DNA of 49,564 nt, from IMG/VR virus record IMGVR_UViG_3300030430_004527, positions 1 to 49,564 of that record; one strand, given 5' to 3'. The DNA comes from a virus (Duplodnaviria; Caudoviricetes). Made by a program: the position numbers and the translations under genes. Position 1 is the stretch's first letter, and each line of letters starts with the position of its first letter. Below the pieces are notes generated by a model. It did no database searches and was not told where the DNA came from. It saw only the letters and a program-made list of their open reading frames with translations. Of this stretch, positions 34,679 to 44,390 are shown one piece after another.

Positions 34679-35189
34679 CTCTCAAATCAAAATGGGAAAG
34701 AGCGACCACAATCGCATCAGCTTCATCATCGAGTCCAGGCTTTGGGTTTCCGTGTCTCGTATGTTCCATGATGAAGTTGTCAAACTTGTCGTCAACCCAC
34801 GCGAGTACAACAACTTTTGCTTTTGTTCCTCTTGGTACTTTAATTCCGCATCTAGAACGCGCTGTGGTGGCTCCTACGAGCGTTGGAGGTTCTCCAAGTA
34901 GTTGGTGTGCTATAAGAGAAACCATGCCGTTAAAACGCTGTAGGGAGCTCATGGTTTTTGCCGTTGTTTTACCACCGGAGAACATTGAGAATGGCTCTTC
35001 GATTCTGATCTCGGTGATATTGTGAATGGTTGTGATCGGCACAAGAACATTATCTTTGAGAGCTGTTGCTCTTTCTTCCAATGGTGTCTTTGCTTTTGTT
35101 TTGTAGAAGCCCGAGTCAATAAGCTCTTGATTGTCGTTAATAATAGCCCAACCAACTCTGCTGGTTGAAACATCTAATCCTAATATCAT
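34674..35189 (-). CDS. RuvC-like Holliday junction resolvase
   Basis: ILGLDVS...GWAII, IEE, and DEADAIVVA. Confidence 0.85.
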   Translation of the reverse strand: MILGLDVSTSRVGWAIINDNQELIDSGFYKTKAKTPLEERATALKDNVLVPITTIHNITEIRIEEPFSMFSGGKTTAKTMSSLQRFNGMVSLIAHQLLGEPPTLVGATTARSRCGIKVPRGTKAKVVVLAWVDDKFDNFIMEHTRHGNPKPGLDDEADAIVVALSHFDLRD

Positions 35190-35206
35190 ATAAACTCCTT
35201 TTTTAT

Positions 35207-35235
35207 ATTATAACATATATTTTAGGGTTTCACAA
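35207..35235 (-). promoter_or_regulatory. Sigma70-type promoter (extended -10)
   Basis: TTGTGA-17 nt-TATAAT with TG extension. Confidence 0.6.
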
Positions 35236-36384
35236 ATCTAATTTCATTTTAAATAAATATTCGTTGACTTCTGTTTTTCTTATTGGTGTCGCCAACTTGC
35301 ATACTCCAACGAGTCTCTTGTTCTTATCGTAGATGCAGATCTTTGATATGTACGTTTCTTTTTGAAATGGAGGATCCTCATCAGTTTGCGCTGCTGGTAC
35401 AACATTCTTGATTTCTCTATTTGATTCAATGAATTGATATGTGTTTGTGGTGGTCACAGGCTCTTGCCCTGTGTATTTAAGATAAGTCGGATTGTTGGAG
35501 TGATTAAGTTCTCCATATGGGGCTTTAGCAAGTACAGTCATGTTTTGCACCTGAGATATCGAGTCAAACTCTAATGCAAACGAAGCAGAGAGAGTTGTTG
35601 TTCCGATGGTGTTTCCATCATTCATTCCGTATCCATATCTAATCCACGATGAACTGGTGGAGGTTTCATAAGCCAAGGAGGTCGAATCAATAGTTGCCGA
35701 AGAAGTCAGCAATATGATTCCCTCGTTATACATTACGGTTCCCACCACAGAACCAGTAGTTGGCCCTTGAGTTTGAACTAGTTCGCCGTTTTTACGAAGA
35801 TCTCTTGCTGTGGCGGCCAAGGTTCCCGAGATGTAATACTTCAAACACAATGTGCCCTTTTTCAAACACTTGCCGTAAAAGATCGATGGAATATTGATCA
35901 TGTTGACTGGTGTTGTCGCAACATCTTCGTAATGAGTAGCGAAGTCAAAGTTCTGAGAGTAAAACATGTAGTGGTTGCATGCAGACTTTAAGGCTCGAAG
36001 CTTTCTGTAATTCGTTTCTGCTGATGACGTTATCAACATTCTTGTTACAGAAGAGGACATGTTATACGATCCAGTAATCACATCTCCGCCATAGCCAAAC
36101 TGAGTGTTGAATTCTGTATCGGTCATTGTCTTGAACTTTTGTCTTTGACCACCTTTTGTAATGAACGGATGGATAGGTGTGTCAGCTGGATTACGATTCA
36201 CATTGTATTCGTACAAAGATATGAACCCTTCGGGTACACCAAGAATATTGTTCGAGTAAGCTCCGGCTACCGCTTGTTGATCGTTGATGTAGACCGAACC
36301 ACTTTGAACATAGAACTTGTAGCTCGGATTTGCTTCTATGGTGTTAACAAAGACATCATTGTCTTTTAGTTCGTAATAAGACAT
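35230..36384 (-). CDS. Tail/baseplate-type structural protein
   Basis: C-terminal YISKICIYDKNKRLVGVCKLATPIRK..KLDL resembles the tail-collar-type domain. Paralog of 36398..37507. Confidence 0.6.
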   Translation of the reverse strand: MSYYELKDNDVFVNTIEANPSYKFYVQSGSVYINDQQAVAGAYSNNILGVPEGFISLYEYNVNRNPADTPIHPFITKGGQRQKFKTMTDTEFNTQFGYGGDVITGSYNMSSSVTRMLITSSAETNYRKLRALKSACNHYMFYSQNFDFATHYEDVATTPVNMINIPSIFYGKCLKKGTLCLKYYISGTLAATARDLRKNGELVQTQGPTTGSVVGTVMYNEGIILLTSSATIDSTSLAYETSTSSSWIRYGYGMNDGNTIGTTTLSASFALEFDSISQVQNMTVLAKAPYGELNHSNNPTYLKYTGQEPVTTTNTYQFIESNREIKNVVPAAQTDEDPPFQKETYISKICIYDKNKRLVGVCKLATPIRKTEVNEYLFKMKLDL

Positions 36385-36397
36385 AGAAGCCCTCCGA

Positions 36398-37507
36398 TTA
36401 GTAGTCCAATCGTGCGCGGATTGTGAATTCGTTACTTGCTGATTTCTTCAGTGGTTCAGATAGTTTAGCAGTTGCCAACAACTCGTTGTTGTCGTTGTAT
36501 AGACCGATTGTTGTGATATATGCTAGAGGCTCGTCGGATGCTTGAGTCTTAACTTGGATTCTAGAGCCGCTTACGTAAGTTGGGTTCGAAGAGTAGTTAA
36601 ACTCGTTGTGGTTGATACGACAGAAGTATACGGTTGAGTTCAGTTCGGTTGTGTTGTTAAACTCGATGTTAAATATGCGGTGACGCAATGATTCTCCAAT
36701 AACATCGATCGTAGATCCCGTGAGAGCATCATCTATGCCCAGAGCCGATCCGTCATTATAAAAGACATTGGGGCTGGAGGTACCATCCAATGGACTAGTT
36801 AGCTGAGTTCCGAAAACAGATCCAGTTAAAACTATGATACCTGCTTGATAAAAAATCAAACCAGCATACCAATAATCGTCAGAGTCAAAGGTTTCTTTGT
36901 GTGTTGAAGACGTATTCAGAAGCGTAGTTGAAGCCGTTGCGTAAAGAATTCCGTAGTCTCCAGCAGGAGAGTTTGTTTTATACCCAGTGGACGCACTAAG
37001 GTCTGAAATTGTAATTATATCATTTGCGCCGAATGGCTGATTTGTTGCAGCATAGTCTGTTACATCCAATTGTATAGAGAAAGTTTCTTTCTTGATCTCA
37101 TCCTTCACAAGCAAGCGAGAAAAAGGCATGATAAAACACTCTTCCAATTTGTTGCTAGTGCCTACTATATCTCCATCTTCATCAAACTTTCGGATTGAAC
37201 CGGTCGCATCATATCCCATTAGGATTTGAGCCATTTGATTATAGATGTTGCGCTTTTTAGAAAATTGAGTATCACCTGATGTAATTGTACCATCTACGTG
37301 CATTCCTGCTGTGATATCAAAGATATGGTTCGCAGAAGAACTGAGATATGGATAGTCATATACAGATTGAAACATTCCATGAGAGTAGGTCTTAATGTTG
37401 TCTACTCCGTATGTCCCACTAACAATTGCTCCCGTAAGCGGAATTGCTTCGTGAAGAAGTGTTCTAGTGTTTACTGTGTCGTTTTCGTTTAGTGGTTTGA
37501 AAGTCAT
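36398..37507 (-). CDS. Tail/baseplate-type structural protein
   Basis: EFNYSSNPTY...YITTIGLYNDNNELLATAKLSEPLKK..RLDY. Confidence 0.6.
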   Translation of the reverse strand: MTFKPLNENDTVNTRTLLHEAIPLTGAIVSGTYGVDNIKTYSHGMFQSVYDYPYLSSSANHIFDITAGMHVDGTITSGDTQFSKKRNIYNQMAQILMGYDATGSIRKFDEDGDIVGTSNKLEECFIMPFSRLLVKDEIKKETFSIQLDVTDYAATNQPFGANDIITISDLSASTGYKTNSPAGDYGILYATASTTLLNTSSTHKETFDSDDYWYAGLIFYQAGIIVLTGSVFGTQLTSPLDGTSSPNVFYNDGSALGIDDALTGSTIDVIGESLRHRIFNIEFNNTTELNSTVYFCRINHNEFNYSSNPTYVSGSRIQVKTQASDEPLAYITTIGLYNDNNELLATAKLSEPLKKSASNEFTIRARLDY

Positions 37508-37520
37508 TTGTTTCCCCTTA

Positions 37521-38465
37521 TTATTTTCTCAAGAATCTTACTGGGATGTCGATCATAACACCAGTTTTTACGCCAACAACTCGAACGTTTGAGTCGATGA
37601 ATTTTACATCAGCATCTAGACTACTATTTTGCATAGTTATGGCGACTTGTCCGCCCAATTGCTCAAACAAGAAAGAGCTTGTATTCAAATCCATTGAAGA
37701 TTGAAGTCTGAACTCTAGACTTGTTCCTCGAGGTCCTTGAATTACTTGCGAAGAATTGACTGTGTCGTCAGTGATTTCTGTTACAAAAGTATCTCCGAGG
37801 TCTACGGTGTAGTATGCGATGTTATCATCATCTAAATAATCAAATGTAGCAAGAGTCCCTTGAGTATCAACCAACTTACAAAGACGATTGTCCATTTGAA
37901 TTGTGTAGCTTGTTTCTTTTAGTTCATCATCTAAACGTCGCTTTGGAGAAATTTCTGTTGTATCAAGACCTTGGTCAACCTTAATTACAGTGCCTATCAA
38001 TGATTCTCCGAATAAGAACCCTTGTTTAATTGAGCCATCAGTGTTTCTACCAAGACCAAACAGGTCGCTTGAGCCATTGTTGTCCTCAGTTTCAGCATTT
38101 ACTGGTATTGCGAAAGATCCTGATACACCCGTTGCAGTTGCTAATTGATTAATACTAACTCCTTGGTTCAAACGCAACACAGGCAAGAACAGAAGCTCCA
38201 TGTTTGTGTAAGTTTGAAGACGAGTCTTCATTGTTGAGCTGTTGTTAGTGAAAGCTTCCAAGATTGGAGTCTGAAGAATATCTAAATCATAATAAGCAGA
38301 TCCACTAAGGTGATTTCTGTCATATAGTGAATAATCAATTTCTTCGTCGCTCAATGCGAATTTTGTGATTTGGAATGAACCATCACCTTTAGCCAATAAC
38401 ATTCGACCGTGGTCCGTCAATACTACATCAAGAATGATGTCTCCACTATTATCCAAAAATCCCAT
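37521..38465 (-). CDS. Tail/baseplate-type structural protein
   Basis: N-terminal VLTDHGRMLLAKG...ITKFALSD resembles tail-collar-type N-termini. Confidence 0.6.
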   Translation of the reverse strand: MGFLDNSGDIILDVVLTDHGRMLLAKGDGSFQITKFALSDEEIDYSLYDRNHLSGSAYYDLDILQTPILEAFTNNSSTMKTRLQTYTNMELLFLPVLRLNQGVSINQLATATGVSGSFAIPVNAETEDNNGSSDLFGLGRNTDGSIKQGFLFGESLIGTVIKVDQGLDTTEISPKRRLDDELKETSYTIQMDNRLCKLVDTQGTLATFDYLDDDNIAYYTVDLGDTFVTEITDDTVNSSQVIQGPRGTSLEFRLQSSMDLNTSSFLFEQLGGQVAITMQNSSLDADVKFIDSNVRVVGVKTGVMIDIPVRFLRK

Positions 38466-38492
38466 TAAATTTTCTCCTACGATTCTAGAACC

Positions 38493-38500
38493 TAAATAGC
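38493..38500 (-). promoter_or_regulatory. Putative late-promoter variant GCTATTTA
   Basis: About 28 nt upstream of the 38465 start. Confidence 0.45.
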
Positions 38501-38507
38501 TTATTTA

Positions 38508-40505
38508 TTAGAATTCTTCCTCTGTTTTGTTTTTTGTTAGATCAACGTTCAAAATAATGTCTATCATTTTTCCCGAAGTTTTCGATTTTATTCTAATTTT
38601 GAATTTACGACCCCAAACTGCTTTCTCTCTTATCCCAAGATTTAGGTTATCTAATGTACCAATTAAACTTCTTTTTCCAAACAAGACTGGTTGAGATTCG
38701 TTGAGCAAGATGTGTTCAACAGCTGGTGTAATTCTAAGTAGTTTTCTAAAACCAAGAGCCGATTCCTTATCTCGAGGTTTTGGAAAGTGATATGTATCTG
38801 TTACTATTTTTGAATCATCAGCGTCAACCAGTAAGGTGGTTTCATAAACCATTGTTGGGTTGGAGACCATTCCTTTTTGGTTGACCGTTCTGAACATGTA
38901 GTAGTACTTCTTGTTGGGCACAACATTATCTCTGAAGATTGCATCGGTTGTTTCAAAGGGCATGCTTATTTCTCCGATCTTTGCATCTCGAAAGTCTGAG
39001 TAGGACATTGGTGCATTTTCAAGTCGAAATATTTCATATAAACCTTGGTCTCCATAGGTCTTAAATTTAAAGTTCCCAGCGAGGTCTCGACCATTTGGTA
39101 ATCGTTGCATCGCTTCAAGTTGCAACCCATCTTCCCTAGTGACTGCTATGAATGGAGCTCGCATCTCTGTTTTTGTTGGAGACAGATACATCGATATCAT
39201 CTTACCCGAATCATTCTTAGTTTTAAAAGATACTTGAGGATACACTGGAGGCATTTGAACTACATTTATTTGCTTCGTAAGAACATCAAGTGGAACAATA
39301 ACAATGCTAGGTCTATTTGTAACTTCGATTTCCACATATTGATTGCTAGGGTCTCTATATTCTGATTTGATTTTGTATGTATATGTATTGCCCACAATCA
39401 TGTAGTGACCTACTACTTTATAAGAGTATGACTTGCCGTATTTGACTTGAGTATCTATGACGGGCGTAGACTCTCGTAGGGCAGGGGCGTACAACGTTTG
39501 AGTCAAGGTGCTATCTAGAATATTACCATCGTGCTTCGCAACAGAATAGCAAAATAACTCTTTGTGTGCCTCGAAGTTTTTATGAACCTCTTCATAAGTT
39601 CTAAATTTAGACCTAGAGGCGTCTTTGATGTAACCCCTCATCAAGTGTTTGCGAAGGTCCAAAGACATCCTAGAAGGGCGCACAGACTCTCTCAAGGTAA
39701 AGAAATTATCAATGTCTAACTCGCGATCAGTACTCAAGAATGATGATAGATTGTACAATGAAATTTGAGACCCTTCCGATACCTCTCTGTTTTGTTGGAT
39801 ATCAAAAGACCCCATGTTTTTCTCGCCAAAGAGGTAGTCTTGTAACAGCTCGTCAAAAATTCCGAGCTTTGTTGCGAAATTAGATAAGCCATTGTCGATA
39901 CGTTGATTGATCCTTAGGTGATTGTAATAAGGGAAATCTGTACTTCCCTGCTTAACACCTTGATCAATAACATAATTTTTCATCTGGTTTCCTCGACCAA
40001 AGTTTATGATATCAGTACTCCCCTTCGCAATGCTTAGAAAGTCTTGTTTTGATACTTTATCGATTGGAGCGTACAAATTATACTCGGATATACCAACCTG
40101 CAGCTTGTCGTATTCCTCAGAAATGTAATTGAAGACAGTCTCAAAAGAGTAAGATGCTTGAGATTTTGCTGTCGAATAACTCTCTGTCTGTGTGGCCGAA
40201 AGGTCTACCATTTCTGGTAGTTTAAAGAAGTGATTAGAATTTTCAGCAGAACTAAAGTCGGAAGCTACTGAGGAAAAGAAATCACCTTTAACTGAGCCGG
40301 GTCGGACTTTAATTACAGCTACTTCATAAAGTAATTGTTCGTCTTGCTTCATCTCACTACTGACGAATTCTATGTTATATTTCGGCTTGAGGGCTGGTGC
40401 CTCGATGCGACTTGTCGATACACCAGTAGGGGTGACCACTGTTCCTCCACCAGACGAAAGTAAACCTGTATCTCTTTGGTTCTCAATAACTACTAATTGG
40501 GGCAC
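38508..40505 (-). CDS. Large hypothetical structural protein with FN3-like motifs
   Basis: IDTQVKYGKSYSYKV and FRDNVVPNKKYYYMFRTVN. Confidence 0.6.
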   Translation of the reverse strand: MPQLVVIENQRDTGLLSSGGGTVVTPTGVSTSRIEAPALKPKYNIEFVSSEMKQDEQLLYEVAVIKVRPGSVKGDFFSSVASDFSSAENSNHFFKLPEMVDLSATQTESYSTAKSQASYSFETVFNYISEEYDKLQVGISEYNLYAPIDKVSKQDFLSIAKGSTDIINFGRGNQMKNYVIDQGVKQGSTDFPYYNHLRINQRIDNGLSNFATKLGIFDELLQDYLFGEKNMGSFDIQQNREVSEGSQISLYNLSSFLSTDRELDIDNFFTLRESVRPSRMSLDLRKHLMRGYIKDASRSKFRTYEEVHKNFEAHKELFCYSVAKHDGNILDSTLTQTLYAPALRESTPVIDTQVKYGKSYSYKVVGHYMIVGNTYTYKIKSEYRDPSNQYVEIEVTNRPSIVIVPLDVLTKQINVVQMPPVYPQVSFKTKNDSGKMISMYLSPTKTEMRAPFIAVTREDGLQLEAMQRLPNGRDLAGNFKFKTYGDQGLYEIFRLENAPMSYSDFRDAKIGEISMPFETTDAIFRDNVVPNKKYYYMFRTVNQKGMVSNPTMVYETTLLVDADDSKIVTDTYHFPKPRDKESALGFRKLLRITPAVEHILLNESQPVLFGKRSLIGTLDNLNLGIREKAVWGRKFKIRIKSKTSGKMIDIILNVDLTKNKTEEEF

Positions 40506-43431
40506 TTGGTCTTCCTCCGGTTGGCTGTCTATTTGTCTGGGGTGATCTCTGCGGTGATGGAGAGAGAGATTGTTGTGTCTGCTGGCTGATTTGTTGTCTT
40601 GAAAGAATCATGTTTGATTTTCTTTCTTGGCTTTGCTTAACAAGGTTTGATGAGGCAAACACTATTTCTTCTGCTTCAGACATGCTCTGCTGTATCTCTA
40701 AATCTTGCTCTGTATTTAAATCAATCGACATTAGTGTATTGATGTTTTCATCCGAGATTATGAATATAGAATTTTGTGCTAACAGCATAAGTTCTTTTGC
40801 TGGTTTGATATCCAACTCAGGCATTTCAACATATCTGAGCCTGCACATAAGTCGTTTATTATTACTGAGGGCCGTAGGGTCCACTTCTCTCCATATTGGT
40901 TGCGATACATCCGGTGTTCCGTTCAGGTCCATTTCATATCCGGAAAGATACTCTACTTTCTGAGATGTGTGGAATATCATTTCTGTTGATATTTTTGTCT
41001 CAGAATCCTTAAGGATATCTGACTCTGATTGTAGGATATTATTTTTCGCTGCTGTTGATCTAGAGTTGATCAACGCTTTAATTGGGATGGGCATCATTTT
41101 CAGTTTCTTTCTATCAAATTTTGGAGATGATTTAAATTTTTCAAATATATTGTTTTTTGATTGTAGATCATAAGATATTTTTTCGCGTTTAATGCTGATG
41201 CCTTGAGTCGCTATTAGTTTTGTTTTAACTTGCTGGGTTTCTTGTGCAACAACCGATTCATCTAATTTTGTCTCAACATTCACCATCTCAGAATTGACTC
41301 CAAGGTATTTTGCTACCTCAAGATATTCTTCGACTTTTAAATTGTTAATCTTAAAAGGAATTCTTTTGAAGTTCAATTTTGTTCTTCCAATTCGTTTATT
41401 TTTAAATGATCTTCTTCTTTTGAATTTTGGCCGCTTTGTTTTAATGTTTTTTTTGCGAGGGACAGCAGACGATGAGAATTTTGGATCGGACTGCTTTTCA
41501 GTTACGTGAGAGATGAAGTTTAGAGATATTCCATTTGAGTCCAAGTTTTGTAACGATGTTAGGTCTTTGTTTTCTGATTTAAACTTGAAACTAAGCGGAG
41601 ATAAAAAGCCCATTTTTGCGGAGTCAAGATCTTGGATCGCCATCATGTCTTCTGGGTCCAAGTCTGCTAGATCTTCAGATATTGATGATCTAGACGTATC
41701 AAAAAATCTGCTCGCTTCCATATTGGCTCTTTCTTCATAACCCGCTTTGGTAAAGGTAACCAACGATTTGTTTGATTGAATTCCTAAAAAGTCATATGAA
41801 GCAACAACATTATCAAACTTTACTGTCTCTTTGAACACGTGGTTCGTAATGATCATTCCTGGAGCTATAGCTTTGCTAGGTTTTTTTGCTCCGGTTAGTC
41901 TTTCTGTTTTTTTCTGGATATCAAAACGATTTCTAATTTTTATTAGCAAGTCTGAATAGTCTGATATGAAATTGAGTGCATCATTGTTGGTGTAGTTGTC
42001 TGATTTAAAACCCTTCTTTTTGTTTTCAATCATTTGGGCTTTTTCTTCGTCATCGATGTTGTAAACAATTGATAGGTTCTGATAGTAATTCTCAATTGCA
42101 GATTCAAAGATTGCCGGTACTTCTGTACCGATGACCAACCTATTGTTGTCTCTATCGTATCGTTGAGGTCTAAATAATAACTCTCTCTTTACTTTTAATT
42201 CGGAAACATTTTTTTCCATTTGATCTAGAAGATTAATTAAGAACACCTCTGATGAATCAGAGAATGAAATAGCAACTTCATAACGAAACTCCCCTCGAGT
42301 CCGTTCGGTCATCTCTTCATCTGTGAATTGATATGATTTAATTAATTTATCTGGTGTTATGAATATTTGTGATATATTATCTCTATCAACTAGGCGACCG
42401 TCATTCTCTACTGATGTGGCCACCGTTCTGTAAGAGCCTACTAGCTTTTGTCCAAACTTCCTTGTACCAAGTTTTGTGTTAGAAACTTTAAGTCTAACTT
42501 GTTGTCTTCGTATTTCAAGTGAATTTATAGAAACACTTTTTGCAAAAGACTCAAACAAATCCTTCGATACGTTGAACATCTTGCGACCGTGCTTTGTCTT
42601 TGTGAGCACAAGGGTTCTCATATCAACAGAGAACATTCCTATCAGATCAGCTTCGTTCGTGTAGGATGTTGACAACTCGGAGAACAATGGTTTGTTTTTG
42701 AAGTTTATCTCTGGTCTTAATTGCAGTGCACCTGAGCGCTTATCGATGATCTTGGTATTCAAGACAGATTCTCTTGTAAGAGTAGGGTGTGGCTCGGATG
42801 TGTGGTACGAACCGCCCATAAATTTTCCATTGTGTTCATGAATAGGGCCAGACCACACAGTTCCATCGCGCTCTTTATATAAAAATGACGTCTGTTCAAT
42901 CTGTCCTCCAACAAAAACATTCTCGGACTTAATCGCTCCATAATATTGCTTTAGCGGGCCCGTAAGGGTTATTCTAAGGGCTTTTGATAATTCATCCGAG
43001 TCAACATAGGCAAAAACGAATAAAGTCATTTGTAGCGTATCCTCGGCAACGAGAATGGACTCTTTTCTGTAAAACTTTCTTGTTATTGATCGACGGTTAT
43101 TTACTTTTTTAAATTTTTTAGCTGGGATTTCAACTATGGAAGTGTCCGTCATAAATGGGCCACGACGAATGATGCTGGGCAGTGGACTAAAAGTTCCTGA
43201 TGTAATTCCATTGATCAGCTGTTGGTTTGATGTAGCAATGATTGCTACCTTCATGTAGCTCATTATAAGATCATCATCGGACCACACAAAAAATCCATCT
43301 TTCTCAATATCGTGCATTGATAACTCAACTGCGATATTTGAATTAAAACGATTGTGGTTGCTCACTGTAATTTTTTCAATATAAGCATTAGGGAGGTTCT
43401 CGAGACCAACAAGTACATTAGACATTAGCAA
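40483..43431 (-). CDS. Large hypothetical protein (structural cluster)
   Basis: 982-aa ORF overlapping both neighbours. Confidence 0.7.
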   Translation of the reverse strand: MLMSNVLVGLENLPNAYIEKITVSNHNRFNSNIAVELSMHDIEKDGFFVWSDDDLIMSYMKVAIIATSNQQLINGITSGTFSPLPSIIRRGPFMTDTSIVEIPAKKFKKVNNRRSITRKFYRKESILVAEDTLQMTLFVFAYVDSDELSKALRITLTGPLKQYYGAIKSENVFVGGQIEQTSFLYKERDGTVWSGPIHEHNGKFMGGSYHTSEPHPTLTRESVLNTKIIDKRSGALQLRPEINFKNKPLFSELSTSYTNEADLIGMFSVDMRTLVLTKTKHGRKMFNVSKDLFESFAKSVSINSLEIRRQQVRLKVSNTKLGTRKFGQKLVGSYRTVATSVENDGRLVDRDNISQIFITPDKLIKSYQFTDEEMTERTRGEFRYEVAISFSDSSEVFLINLLDQMEKNVSELKVKRELLFRPQRYDRDNNRLVIGTEVPAIFESAIENYYQNLSIVYNIDDEEKAQMIENKKKGFKSDNYTNNDALNFISDYSDLLIKIRNRFDIQKKTERLTGAKKPSKAIAPGMIITNHVFKETVKFDNVVASYDFLGIQSNKSLVTFTKAGYEERANMEASRFFDTSRSSISEDLADLDPEDMMAIQDLDSAKMGFLSPLSFKFKSENKDLTSLQNLDSNGISLNFISHVTEKQSDPKFSSSAVPRKKNIKTKRPKFKRRRSFKNKRIGRTKLNFKRIPFKINNLKVEEYLEVAKYLGVNSEMVNVETKLDESVVAQETQQVKTKLIATQGISIKREKISYDLQSKNNIFEKFKSSPKFDRKKLKMMPIPIKALINSRSTAAKNNILQSESDILKDSETKISTEMIFHTSQKVEYLSGYEMDLNGTPDVSQPIWREVDPTALSNNKRLMCRLRYVEMPELDIKPAKELMLLAQNSIFIISDENINTLMSIDLNTEQDLEIQQSMSEAEEIVFASSNLVKQSQERKSNMILSRQQISQQTQQSLSPSPQRSPQTNRQPTGGRPSAPISSY

Positions 43432-44390
43432 TCCTCCACATCTGTTACTCTTGTTCTATAAATGTCGAAGTCTACACCTTCGAGATCCGGACACTCAACA
43501 TTAACATCTACAAGGATGTCTTGTGCTTTTAGCCTCTGAACTCCTTTGCAGATTTCAGAGTCTGGAATATTTGAATCCAGTTCAATGTTTAACCAATATT
43601 CTACGTAATCCGGAGTTAATCCAACTATAGCTACACTGTCTTCCACAAGCATTCCATCGACTATGGTTTTCTCGCGTGGTGCGAATTTTAGTTTCTTCGG
43701 AGTTTCTTCGTTTTCTTCGTAAAGAAATACCTCCATTTCTAGGCCGTCTTTCTGCAAAAATCCTTTCTCTTCGAGAATCTTACACAAGATCTGTTCGTCG
43801 ATCAGGTGAACATATGTCCCATCTGGGAATATTTCAGAGACTGGTACGTTAGGAGATACCTCTTGTCCTCTTACAGGAGGATCGTTTCTTCTGTTTCTGA
43901 TCTCCATTGTATACTCAAGAGTCGTTTCAATTTGCGGGATTCGCTTTGTGTGAGTTGTGTCGGATCCAGACACACCGACTAACGTCCCGATAAACGGAGA
44001 ACTACTTGAAATCTCTCCGAGAAGAAAAGATACATTCCAACTTGGGGCTTCTTCAAACGTACCATCTGATGTTCCGAGAGGTTCAGTAAGAAAGTTCATT
44101 GCGATCTTTGAATAAGGACGTGTAGAGTCTTCTTCACGCTCGAATGATGATAGTTGAAGTTCTGGAGATATCAGATCTCTTTGGGGTCTTAAGCTTGGAG
44201 TGTTGCCCAATATTCTCTCTTTAATGTTGACTTGATCCTCTGTGTCTCCGCCATACTGAAGGTCATAGATAATATCGTCGTCAAAGAACGCATAATACTT
44301 GGGCATCAACTTCCCGTTGGAGAGAAGCGAGCGCCCGTATGGAGTTAATTCAATTTTAAGAACATCTTCTTTTTTGTTAAAAAACGTCAT
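43425..44390 (-). CDS. Tail/baseplate-type structural protein
   Basis: ELTPYGRSLLSNG...YYAFFDDDIIYD is similar to the N-terminus of 37521..38465. Confidence 0.6.
   Translation of the reverse strand: MTFFNKKEDVLKIELTPYGRSLLSNGKLMPKYYAFFDDDIIYDLQYGGDTEDQVNIKERILGNTPSLRPQRDLISPELQLSSFEREEDSTRPYSKIAMNFLTEPLGTSDGTFEEAPSWNVSFLLGEISSSSPFIGTLVGVSGSDTTHTKRIPQIETTLEYTMEIRNRRNDPPVRGQEVSPNVPVSEIFPDGTYVHLIDEQILCKILEEKGFLQKDGLEMEVFLYEENEETPKKLKFAPREKTIVDGMLVEDSVAIVGLTPDYVEYWLNIELDSNIPDSEICKGVQRLKAQDILVDVNVECPDLEGVDFDIYRTRVTDVEDC

Noticed and set aside
34674-35189. RuvC-fold protein as TnpB/Cas12 or transposase
   Set aside because: It is only 171 aa with plain resolvase motifs, and has no Zn finger, array or IS ends.
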